64,000 nt of DNA. Origin: Phoronis australis (taxonomy: Eukaryota > Animalia > Phoronida). The stretch is taken from assembly GCA_002633005.1 (NCBI GenBank), contig NMRA01000045.1, positions 1,247,812 through 1,311,811 on the forward strand. The letters are read 5' to 3'. The translations under genes and the position numbers were made by a program. Position 1 is the stretch's first letter; each line of letters opens with the position of its first letter. Under the pieces are notes generated by a model. It was not told where the DNA came from and ran no database searches. It saw nothing but the letters and a program-made list of their open reading frames with translations. Of the stretch, positions 38,301-50,000 are shown one piece after another.

Positions 38301-40662
38301 TTCAATGCATACTCCACTTCCTCTGTCCCAGTTTCCCCACATTTGCTGAGAGTGGCCTATCTCAACAAATTACTTTGGACCTGTTGTGGTATAAGCCAGT
38401 AATCTTTGGCAAATACTTTTTCCCCAACTCGTTCCTCAAGCTACAAATTCTCTTTGACATATCTTCTGGGAGTAGACTTTTCGGCCTCTCTCTAGCCCCC
38501 TCACTTAGTTGTCCAGAAGGGTACCTTCTTGCTGGTTGTGAACTTTTCCATACCCAACCTTTACTAATAATCGGCAAGTCTCCAACTTCAGCAGAAGCCA
38601 CTTCTTCAGCATAAGCCTTTCCTGATTCCTAAAATTGTATTAATGAAAAATTAAACATATTAAATTTAATGTGGCCATTTCGGCTCACAAAATATGAATA
38701 CCAAGCTAAAGTGAAGGCACCAATATTTTTGACGGCTTTAGCATGTTTAATTAACTTCATAATCGCAGAAAATCATTGGTAGACAAAACATACTCCCTAG
38801 TCTCTAAAAGTAGTTCATGGGCAGAAGTCATGTTACACATTTGGTGGTTGTTATGAAAAGTTATGATGACTACCTATTTTCTATGCCAATGTATACATGT
38901 AGTTGCATAAACATCAACACATTTGAATAAGATATGATTAAGCAATAAGGCCCAAGTTATAAGCAATCACGGTGTGTCAATAAAAGTATTTTTGCATGAA
39001 TGACGTGCTTCTAAAAATATTCCTCAGGGTCAGACCCTGGAGTTTAGTGATTCCTACCTGAGCTCACACGAAGCAGGACGTTGAACCTTGACTTAACGTC
39101 TTTGGTCATTTTTCAGACCTCTATCAGGCTCTATCAGATTTCTCCTCTAGTGTGCAGTGGATGTTCTCAGTGTCTTTGGCGACAGCAATATATCTCGAGT
39201 GTTGTAACGATGATTCGGGCAAGTGAATCTAATACGGTAGATTATGTAGCTCCTGCTGCACACCTGCCTCCGAGGCAGACACTGAGACAGACTACTTCTC
39301 AGGAGGACACGTTCCACCTCCACATCAGCTCCACGTACTCTTATAAGGTGCTCAAATGTCTCGCTCTATACCTTGTGCATTTCCCAAGAGTTTCCAAAGT
39401 TGTTTCTCTCCGCAATTTGTAGAAATACCACATTCGATGCGACTGGCAGTGCCAGATAAATAGATAAATTCGCAAACCCGCACTTTAGGTCAGCCATCAT
39501 TCAACTAACGCATTGTAAGCTTTAGTTTGGTATTCAGACGAATTGAATGAACAAATTTAGTATAATTTCATATTTTAGTGGGAAATGCTAGTGTCTTTAA
39601 AATTAATTAAAAACATTTAAGCAAACCAATTCTTTTAATTGTTGTATTATACCACGGCATATTAATGCGTAGAAACGGCGCACAACTAGTGACTGGTTTA
39701 ACATGACAAATACACATACGCGGTCTGAAAATAGTGAAATTCAGACACCTATTACCAAGCCTGCCTGAAGGGCTGACAAAGTTTTTATTGTATTAATTTC
39801 AAGGGCATGGAGTCTTCTACATGTCCATGTTATTATTTTTAGTTTTCTCGCGGGGGCAGCTTCGCTATAAGGGTACAACTTACTGCTGGTTTTTCACAAG
39901 AAGGAAATGTACCTCCACGGAAACAGTTCCAGTGTTACCATGGTAACAGATATTGCAGTGTCGGTGCCGTTTTTACTGACATTGGTCATGAACCTATCAT
40001 GTGATATCAAAATTGTTCAGAAACGATTCTGTTTGAAGCAGAAACTGGAGTAGAAAATTTGGTCAAAAATGACTCATTCCACACCAAGAAATTGCCTCAT
40101 TTTGCCCCCAAGAACACTTCCCTTGTATCTCCTAAACCACCAAACTTTGTGGTGTCATACTTCACCCAATTTCTCTCATCCCTAATGTGATTTATCAGAC
40201 TAAACATGGATCTGAATGGCTGACCCCCCACCTTGCCGCTTGTTGGCTGTACAGTGGTCGGTGGATCCGTGGACTGATACTTAATCACTCCAAAATGAAA
40301 AGTGAAAAGAACATGTTACTTACCTACCAGTCTCGGAGGAATGACTGCAGGACGACTAGGGGAAACAAATAAATACAAGAACAGCATAATCGTGTTGCTA
40401 TTGTGAGTCTTTGTGTACAAAACCTCGACTCTTTTTTCCAGTTTACTATTCACAAATGCCAGTACAGACTAAAACAGTCAGACCTCCATCACAGCCAGCA
40501 TACCAACCACCACGATACCAAGTGCCACAGAAGCGGGAACGCAAACCTATTCTGGTCATCAACCCAGAGACGGGGAAGAGTATCAACGATGACCTGGCGT
40601 CTACCACCAGCAGCACAAGTAGCGCAAGTAGCTCAAGGAACAGCACTCCGCCTGGTGTTTAG
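28308..40662 (+). CDS. Predicted chimera 1: TRIM-eIF4G (linker + N-terminal/PABP-binding) fusion, 6 exons, ~606 aa
   Basis: 28308-29327, 30915-31094, 31636-31764, 33740-33901, 34612-34720 and 40442-40662 join in frame (1821 nt) with no internal stop. The first donor (CAG|gtggta) is weak. Confidence 0.6.
30915..31094 (+). CDS. Duplicated eIF4G linker exon (paralog of 2877-3056)
   Basis: Same 180-nt length and splice sites, open frame, homologous intron flanks. Confidence 0.8.
31636..31764 (+). CDS. eIF4G N-terminal-like Q/P-rich exon
   Basis: tgcag|TAT...GCT|gtaagt; YRQVLP...MNKQPMHQ...QQGRPA; phase 0-0. Confidence 0.7.
33740..33901 (+). CDS. eIF4G N-terminal-like Q/P-rich exon
   Basis: tacag|GTC...ATG|gtaggt; phase 0-0, open. 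Confidence 0.68.
34612..34720 (+). CDS. eIF4G N-terminal-like Q/Y/P-rich exon
   Basis: ttcag|TAT...CGAG|gtaac; YNPGQAMNVQQSQY...; phase 0-1. Confidence 0.7.
35260..40260. mobile_element. ~5 kb inverted-repeat-bounded insertion (probable DNA transposon) in chimera 1 intron
   Basis: AGCGGCAAGGTGGGGGTCAGCC (35284-35305) versus GGCTGACCCCCCACCTTGCCGCT (40218-40240); stop-ridden coding-like remnant ~38100-38620(-). Exact ends uncertain. Confidence 0.55.
40442..40662 (+). CDS. Exon with eIF4G PABP-binding motif, ending at TAG
   Basis: Phase 1 start; KRERKPILVINPETGKSINDDL resembles the eIF4G1 motif [23 protein letters not shown]. Confidence 0.8.
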
Positions 40663-42969
40663 CAATGAATGGACTACCGCCGTCGAAAGTGAAGATTCAG
40701 TTTGCACATTGGTTTCAATGAAGATTCACAATATATGTCCACCACATGCCATGAGACGCCATTCTGACCTAGCGATCTCAAGTCCGCCCAGACGGAAAGA
40801 GTCGGGAAATTAACGATCTGCAAACCATACCAGTGTTTACACATTCTAACAAACATCGCATTTCGGGCATTTGTCAGCAACAGTTAAAAATATGTTGGCT
40901 GCGATCTTTCCTGTGTATCATTGAATTGTATATTATTAAAACTAAGCTATCCGGTAATAACATTTCGCGGTCTTTGAACTGTACTTTAAAATTAGTTCTA
41001 GTATTACTTTGATATAGTGGAATCGACAAATAATGAAGAATTTAGCGACGTAATCATCAGCTGTTAAAACCGGTGTTCAAGCTTTTCACTAGACGTGAAG
41101 CCTGTACTATTGACTTACCGTACTTTTTCATTGTGTGCTTTCCTCTTTGCCATGATACCGAGTAATCTTTTATATCAACTGACAAGCCACGTGAGTTCAG
41201 CCTGCAATCAATTAGAGTTTGCATCTATTGAGGGCATCAAACCTTCCACCATTGTCGTAAATGCTTGAATTCGGTCACCAATAGTTTTAGTGTGATATTT
41301 TAAATATTTTTTCTTCACTTTGTGTACTTGTAATGAATAATGAAAGCAGAAATTAAAAAATGACATAAATGTAAGTGGGGTCAAGGAAGAGCAGCTGCTC
41401 CTGGGCGCTAGCAAAAAGGGGCGGCCAAGAGGGCCCCAGATGAGCGCCCGGGGGGCACCACTGAAACACGTGGAAAGCGGAGGTGGCCGGGGGCGCCAGA
41501 TACATATCGGAAGGGTGACTGTTAAGTAAGTGTGGATAAAGGAACAAACAAGTATCTACCAAAGGGGGGAGCATGCAACTGATAACCTGGGAGGGGGCAG
41601 GTCACACTGCTACCGACCGGCGGGGGCTCAACGAGCTTTTATCGACCGGCGAGGGGTGCAATGTTTGTCCCTGCCTTACGTCACTTCGTTTCCGAATTGC
41701 ACTACCTCGGCTGGTAACCTTATTGCATGTCATGAAATTATTAGGGTATGGGTGCAATACGTGCCCCGCCCCAGCTTCCTATCACCCCAGTTTCATGACA
41801 ATTATCCAAACATAACATTGAAATTATTGAGGAGCAATTGAAGTCAATATTTTTACCATACTTTAGATGAATAAGAGATCACTTGAAATGTTGAAATGCG
41901 CATTCAAATCAGGTGGTAACTTTGAATGGTAAAAAGTCTGTCCAAATTGCCTCGTTTTAGAGTTGTTCTCCAAATTCTGATGCTGATGGAGTCTGGAAGC
42001 GAGACAAGTCGAAACATTGCCGCAAGTGGTCTGATTACTTCTGCAGATTGTAATCTATCGTGTGTACCAAAATGCAATGTGCGTTCGTTCGCCGCGGCCC
42101 TCATGTCCTCGTGGGCAGTTCGGGTGAAAGTGTGCGGCCCGCAGTCGTTATTCGACCCAGACTTCGCTCGTGCTTTACGACTGAAAGCGTTAAAGCCGAA
42201 TAGAAATCGGTTTGTAGGTAACGTGAGCTCTGAAGAAGTTAAACGCTCGTAAGTTGACGCATAAGCGGATTTAGGGGGTGGNGCAGAGGGCCCACCCCCC
42301 TTCGCTGCCACAAAAAAATAAAACAGCAAGAGCGTAGGGAAATGTTGAGTTTATTAATTATCCCCGGTAATTAAAATTATCAGGCTGAAACAAGATTTAA
42401 ATGTGTGCAGTTTTAGGGTTTGGGGGGGGCTCAGATCCAATTTCAAGTGTCAAATTCGGAAATTCGGAACACGGCGCAATCGTAACGGAAGTATGACTAA
42501 GTATAGACTCTCCCGCGATATCTCAGGCGACCGGCAGTGGCACTGGGCACTACGACTCCGTTTTCGTCGTCTGCTCCACTGAGCAACGAAGAAAATTAGG
42601 ACCTATTTCATTTTTTAAAGAAAATGGGATCTTTGTGATGATGAAAAAACAGAAGCTGCTGGTAAGATGCCAATTTTAAGTAATCGAAGCCTTAGTGAAT
42701 CACTCAGAAACTCATAATTCTTTCTTAATCTTTGTCAAACCTTAACTTAAGACTATTTCCAAAGCAATCGCGTCATTATTGCCAACACAAAAAACGGATT
42801 TGATCTTTTGGGCAATTGAAGACTATTTTAAATACAACAAATTTGTTACGAACTGATTGCGCAAAATATAAAACATGTAATAAGCATTACAAAAAGAAGT
42901 TTTCGCGCGCAAACGCTGTGGACCATAATCAAGTAGGTCTCTTAGCATCATAATATTACGAGTTAAATT

Positions 42970-43090
42970 GTTGTGGTGCAGTGGTAAAGCACTCGCGCTC
43001 TATCCGCCAGTGCCGGGAGTTCGGGTCTGTAGCGCTTGCAGTTTTTCCTGTTTGACACTTTCTCCGTTTTTTTTTGTTTTTTTTTTGCCT
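42970..43090 (+). mobile_element. Degenerate tRNA-derived SINE-like head
   Basis: A-box-like TGGTGCAGTGGT and degenerate B-box GAGTTCGGGTC, followed by T runs. Confidence 0.4.
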
Positions 43091-43814
43091 TTTTTTCTTG
43101 GATAACACTTCGGGAATCAAGCAAAATGCTAGATTTTTAGAGGAAAAACAGAAAAATTTACTGGAAGGGAAGGGGGGCAAACCCCCCTCCCTACCTCCCC
43201 CCATTCTGTGCTACTGCGCTGCGCATACAATCGTGCTTTGAGCAAATGTTTACAGACAAAATATTGGGCCCCCTTGTGATATCCTAGTTTCGCCACTGTA
43301 ACGCTCTCACTTTTGGGTCGTAATATCACGCTCGTAATTTTAGCAAAATAGTTTTTAAATTTAAGTACTAGTCTACGAGACCACCAGCCAATAAATTAAT
43401 ATGTAGCCAGATGATGGTTTCGGTGGTGCAAAATACGATCTACAAAATACGAGTGTACAACTGTCTCAGAGTTCACGCGACCTAAAGACCAATTTCGCAT
43501 TGGCTGTAATGATTGCGTTAATGACCAACGAAGTCTCGCTCGTGCAGTGTTGTAATGCTGGATGTCAGGGATTTATCGGAGTGGGTCTTCAAATAAACTG
43601 ACGGCCATCTGCATACTTATATTCCTTGACCTTGAACCTCGGTCAACGGCATCTATTGGTACATATGTGAACTACAATAACAGCCGATACTGCAGCTCGT
43701 AATTAAGTGGATTCCAGCAGCCACGCATGCCTTGGTCTTGCTTAATTAGACGGAATAGGTGCATGAATCACTTCTTTAGCAGACATGTGCTGTGACGTCG
43801 TACGTACTGTTTTC

Positions 43815-44010
43815 AGTGAGTCACCGACAAGTAGCGCTGTACATAATGTTTTCTTAGAATTCCCCAGGCTTGGAAATCCCAGCGATCAACGAGGAAGCGG
43901 CGAATGATTGTGAGGTGGACTGACCAACAGCAAGGTTAAAGAAGTTTTCAGTGGGTTGAACTGTTTTTCCACTAGCTACATAATTCATCGATGCACCAGC
44001 AAACCTTGGA
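43815..44010 (+). promoter_or_regulatory. Paralogous regulatory block upstream of RING locus 2
   Basis: Homologous to 22840-23030; TGAGTCA 43817-43823; kappaB-like AGAATTCCCC 43856-43865 and GGAAATCCC 43872-43880. Confidence 0.35.
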
Positions 44011-46636
44011 GTTCATAGGTTGACGGAAACATGTGGGAACTTACGCCTCGTAACGAAACTCGGTCGATCTGAAAACAAAGCCGTCGCAACTGTTGTGCGT
44101 GAACTTGGAATCTTGCTTGAACTCAGGTTCCTGTATGCTTGAACTTGGAATTGAATATTCATTTGGACAATTAGGTGAAATTTTTGTTCAATGTAAAGAC
44201 TTTTTGTAATTACTGGCCTCTGCCTGATCACCCATTTTCTCCTTCAGCATCATAACTTGTATCAGTAAAGAATCGGAGGAATATGTGAGTGGTTAAATCA
44301 ATTTTTGCCGTTTGGTGAACAAGGTCGCCAATAGTTGAACCAGGATTGATTAAGATTGCTAAGTAAACAACAACATATTGATCGTCGTCATTTTGACTTA
44401 TACACCGCTGTACAGTGTACCTGTACGGTCTGTGTCACCTGAGTACTGGACTATTGGGAACTTTTGTCTTGATAATGGTTTAGACAATAAACTGCAACGT
44501 CGATCATATCATACATGTATATTCATATATGCCCTGATTTTAAAGCTCGTACTCATATTTTGGCCAAAAACAAATGTGATTAAAATTTACTTTATTTTAA
44601 TAACATGTAATTTGATTTGGAACCGGCAGTTCAAATTTTTATCAGCGTGAAAGTGATTATTTGGGCGGGCTTGTCAAGATTTCTCGTGTTTATCAAGTTC
44701 ACGCATATGCAATCTTGTGATAAAGCAGGATTCCAAGTACAGGCTCAGCATAAGAAGTAGCTGGTTCCCTGCTTGTCCGCTAATGGTCTACCTCCTTGTA
44801 GACACGCAGGGAACCAGCGAGTTGCAACAAAAGCGGACGGGTGAGACGTAAGAGTTAGTTCGTTTATAATACTTATTCTTCACATCTGAAACTTTTTCTT
44901 TGAGGTGCCAAAATTGTGTTTCATAGGGATGTTCTCGAATCATAATCCTATGCTAAGTGGAAAAGCCGACGTTTATTTGATTGAATTTCAATAGGCGATC
45001 GAATGTGGCGAAACTTCATGTCGACCCTATCCGGGGTCGCAGCCGCTACTGAGAGAGAGGAAATAAATAATAAAATGCGGATTTTTTTAACGAAATCTAA
45101 GGATTTTGCATGTCCGACAAGTATGCAATTGCAGTACACAATTGGAGGCTGAAACGACGGCAAAATTGCGATCTCTAGCTTTCAAGACCGTGACCTAAAC
45201 GAAGTTGTGTTAAAATCTAACCGCCATGCTCAATTGAAATCACGGTGAAGAGTGTTTAACTTGTAAATTCAAGGAAAACAGAATATGTAATTATAAGAAA
45301 TTGATGGCGTTTGATTGTGATTTGGTCAGCCATTTAATTAATTGTTTTATTTATATGTGTTTATTATGTTATTATTGTTATTATTGTTATTGTATAATGG
45401 TCTAATAAATTAATTAAATAGGCCTACATCGAGATCGCTCGCTGGCCTCGCCTGTCCGCTACTTCGACTGTTCGACTTTCGTTATGAGGTGAAAATTCCC
45501 TTATGCATGTTCCCGTCAACCTATTCCTATATTAAAATTATACTCTTCTTTGTTTTTCTTCTTGAAGCACCAAAATTCATCAAGAAAACACTCAGTAGTG
45601 GACGTCACCTGGAGACACAATGTTGTTATTTAGAATTTAAAATTAAAAAGTGTATACAGAAAAAATGCATAATGCAGGTTAAAAACAGCTAAGTAAACTT
45701 AGTTTATGTCTGCGAATTATACAAGTGGCTGGTCCTGAAGCGTCAAAGGGTTCTTACACGAGTACCTATCTGTACGTTGTTTAAGAGCAGAACGATGATC
45801 ATTCTAAGGACTATACAAGTACGCGAACATTAAGGAGAAGTACGAGTACTTTAAACAAATGTAGATTAAGCTCATTTCTACGTCAGTGCGGAACACTGCA
45901 GACTGTATTTGTTTAAGAAACCCTTTGGCGCTTCTTAAGGACGCTTGTGTATGAACGCTATTTCGTAAACAACCATTTCTTGTTGTCGTTTTTTGTTCCC
46001 TGCCTCACGAGATGAACCTGTGCGTGGAGTAGTAGGCCTGAGAGGGGGAAACTGGTAGTTATCAAGGTACTGGCCTAATTCCGCTCGAACAAGCAACTGG
46101 CAAGCTCGGGTGCACTATCGGGCATTTGCTGAGTTCACTGGTAACCGGCCTAACGTTTCAAGCATCTCGTTCATCTCATTTGTGTCTCTTGCCAACGAGA
46201 TTTGGCGTCCCCATCTCCCATTTAGCCACCTGAGAATTTTGCCACGTAGCATTTGGCAAGTTGAAGTTATGCGAAGCGTCAATCCCTGATGACATAGATG
46301 AATCCAGACAAAATATTGATAATGATTTACGAATTTAACTCGTTTTGCTCCCTGGCTGTTACTGATAGCTCTCATTAGAAAATTGTGATGCTGAGTCTAA
46401 GCCTCATTCTCAGTTCAGCAACGATGCATTTTGCTTCTAAGTTGATTCTAACAGTGTGACCTAACAGTGTGACAAGGGAGGAATTTACACATAGTGGAGT
46501 TTCATGGTTCAGTTCTCAGTTTTACACCTGACTGATTTACTTGTAGGTTGACTGATTTTGGATGATGCTATTTTCATCGGTCAATTTTCGTGTATCAATC
46601 TCATCCTCATTCCACTGCTTTTCAGTTTCTGCAGCC

Positions 46637-47003
46637 ATGGCCAGCAACGCTTCAGCTTTGTCTGCACCTTTGTTAGGAATTCAGCGAGAAGAGATGACTT
46701 GCGCGATATGTTTGTCGGTTTTTACTGATCCGAAGGCTCTTTCGTGCCTGCATTCGTTTTGTACAAGCTGCATTGTTGACCATATTGGTAATACAAGTAG
46801 GCATGAAAAGATCGATTGTCCGATATGCAAGAAAGAGACCATCATACCGCCAGCTGTAATGGGACTGAAGCTGCCTGCTCTTTACTCAGGGAAAGACGAA
46901 CACATTTCGGTTGGTAACACGGAGCTGAAAGCCCCTGTAGACACTACCAATCAGGTAGCAGGCCGTAAGGACAAGAAAGACTTGAAATATAAACACACGG
47001 AAG
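46637..47003 (+). CDS. Chimeric exon: TRIM-type RING plus eIF4G-like exon 3' end
   Basis: RING CAIC...CLHSFCTSC...CPIC is paralogous to the 28308 gene; ends KDLKYKHTE G|gtaga (phase 1). Confidence 0.82.
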
Positions 47004-47047
47004 GTAGAGAAAACAGCTTTTTATGCGCCCACATTATTTCACATATT

Positions 47048-47099
<52 letters not shown>

Positions 47100-50000
47100 N
47101 TTGTTTGGCTGTCCGCTTGATATTTCAAAAAACCCTGGTCGGATATCGATGAAATTTGGCACAAAGGTGTAGGACATCAGTAGAGCTGTTTGTGATACTT
47201 TTCCATCTGCCCTTCCCCAGGGGTCAGGGGAGTGGATTCGCCCACGTCATTTGTGTTTTATGGTGGATTCGACCACGTCATTTGTGTTTTATGGTGGATT
47301 CGCCCACGTCATTTGTGTTTTATGGTGGATTCGACCACTGCAGAGTCTCGTAGTGCCCATTTGTGCACTCTTACTGAAAGTCCTGAAAAGATTATTTATT
47401 TCTGACACGCTTTTGTAGCAAGGAAACCAAATTTGTAAGTTTTATGTGAAAAAAATGTGTTCCGAGAAAAATGCGGCGATCTCCGTTTGAAATAACGATT
47501 GGCAAAAAATGCGATCATGTAATTATGAAAATTTGGACTTTACTTTTGTGCACATAATAAAATAAATTCTCAGGTCATCAACGAATTTTAAAATCCATAA
47601 TTACTTTCAAGGCTTTTCTATATGCGTTAATACTTAAACTGATCCTTGGTAAAGATAAACATCGTTTTCTTTGTGGCAAAGCTCTGTATACAGTCTTGTA
47701 AAATGTTTCTCGTGATGCTAAAATTTAGTAAGAGGGAGCGCCGGTGGATGGGCGACAGGGGAGAGGTATGTCGTTTCCACCCCCGTTGGCGTTGACAGAT
47801 GGCTCCCGCTCAATTCTCTTCATGGTTCGATTTGTCCATGCTATGTAGTACTGTAATGAGCTTTTCCAATCTTGGAGAAAATTCTCATGAGAGTGGGATG
47901 AAGGTTGACCCAGTCACAATAGTGGAGGTAACAAACGTATGTGTCCAAAGTTAGAATTCCGTTCCAGCTTTACTTTTTCATATTCTGATACAGGGATTTA
48001 CTTTTTAAACGTTCCACTTCACTATATATCAACTCAAAGTTCAAACGGCTGTAGTTTGCATGCTGGGTTCCGATGATTATTTGTTCTCTTCCATTTTATA
48101 ATATTGTTACCTCTATTTAAGTTACTTTTCACCATGATATTACATGTTTGTACTAATTGTTGGCGTATGTTCAATAGCTCTTGTGTTGTGGATTTTGGGT
48201 TCATTGGTGAGACAAGTATTTTGCACAACTTTGCCCCTTCCCTTTGTGACATTTTCTGTTGATTTAATCGATGCTCTTTGATGACAGACGTTGCCAATTC
48301 CTTTGAGATTTGTTGTTTTACGACAGTACCACCAGAATAATATTCAATTTCTAATGATATATAAGTTTATTATATTTCAGGAATGTCAATACCTTCATAA
48401 GTTGAAGTGACTACGAACTCACATTTTGCCGACGATATTGACTTCTGATTTAGACCACTTGTCGCTATTACATGGGACTCGAGTAATTTGTGACAATTTG
48501 TTTTTGAGTGCGCGGCAAGACTTATAGAAGCTATCAGTTTTATCCAAGCCCCGAAGTCACCTATTTTGAGTGAACAATTTGAGACTATGCAATTTTTTAT
48601 ATCAAGTGATTTAAATCAAAAGTTGTCGGGTTATTGTGGTAAAAGAGGACTTGACAGGTTTTTTAGTTAATACACTCAAAACCACCATTTACCTCGCTTT
48701 GACAAATGACTACATTGTCAGCGTCATAAAACCTCTCTTGGCAGCGCGTATCACAACCGTGAATTCTGCTGTATCTGAAAAACCGTAGACCCGCGACTTC
48801 CGTTGAACGTTTTTTTAGCTCCACGGACACGAGTGAGGAGTATGGAGGTACACAGCACCAGTGTGTCATGTCCACAAACATGCGAGTTTCTTGTACAAAC
48901 TTGTGCCATATCCGCGCTTCTCTGATGTCCCAGGAAACGTGAAAAGAGTCTCAACGTGGTCAACTATCAAGTTGTCACAACCACCTCGCCAATCTTCATT
49001 ACACCACAAAACTTGGGAAAACGCGCAGCATTATCAAATGACCTTTCACCCTAAACACAATGGAGAATGACTATAGTGCTGTGATTGCTTGTCCCGATTT
49101 TACGTGGTATATATCGACCAATAAGTGATTGTAACTTGAGATCAGCTAATTAGCATATCGTTAGATACTGTTTGCAGGTGTACTAATTTGACAGTTGGTT
49201 GACTAGTGGGGATGTTTTTTGGTGATTTTAATATGAAAATGGCGATTTGATTACTTAAACGGTTTTCTTCTATGAAAGACGCATTTATCACTCTTTTGCC
49301 TTAGAGTGGTACTCTTCGTTGTTTTCAGAATCACGGAGCCCAGTTGATCATGAAAACAAAAAGTCATACGATCGGGAATTTTTGTTGAGTTTACAGTTTG
49401 TCGTCAAGTCGTTGAAGAAACCTGATGGCTTACCTGAGCTCCCTGAGATTATTTTAGATCAGGTAAGTTATATGAGAGCTTATGTATAGCCGAAAATGGT
49501 TTAAACTTGTCTTGGGCAGCTGTGAGTAAATGGCCACTCAAAATGCACTAGTTTTCTAATTGGTCGATATCGGTGTCACACTTGGCTAATTGTGAATAGA
49601 TCGTCAAAATTAAAGGGTCGGTACTAGAATTAGTAAGACGTAAAGGATACGATGGTAGCCGATTGTTTACGCAATCTGATAATTCACTGCGTGATACATG
49701 TATGGTACCCACAGGCTGTCATGGCAATCAATACTTTCTTTCAGCCAATCACGGCCAGGAATGAAGCAGACACCGGGACAATGCCCAATGGAGGTGCTGT
49801 GGACTTCAGACCTGGCTACGTCAGGTCGTTACAAGTAGGTGAATTAAAAGGGAGTTGAGAACCCAAGTTGTGGGAGTATATCAGAGTAACCTGTGGTCTC
49901 ACCTCAATTTGACCTCACCGTCAACCTCTGTTAAAGACTCTTTCCTTGGACCATGACTTCATAGCTGTAGGCAACTACCAAACTGATGGGTGAAACATCT

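Noticed and set aside
42970-43045. tRNA gene
   Set aside because: No convincing cloverleaf and a degenerate B box; better read as a SINE relic.
47232-47337. 31-bp repeats as a CRISPR array
   Set aside because: Head-to-tail units with no spacers, in a eukaryotic context.
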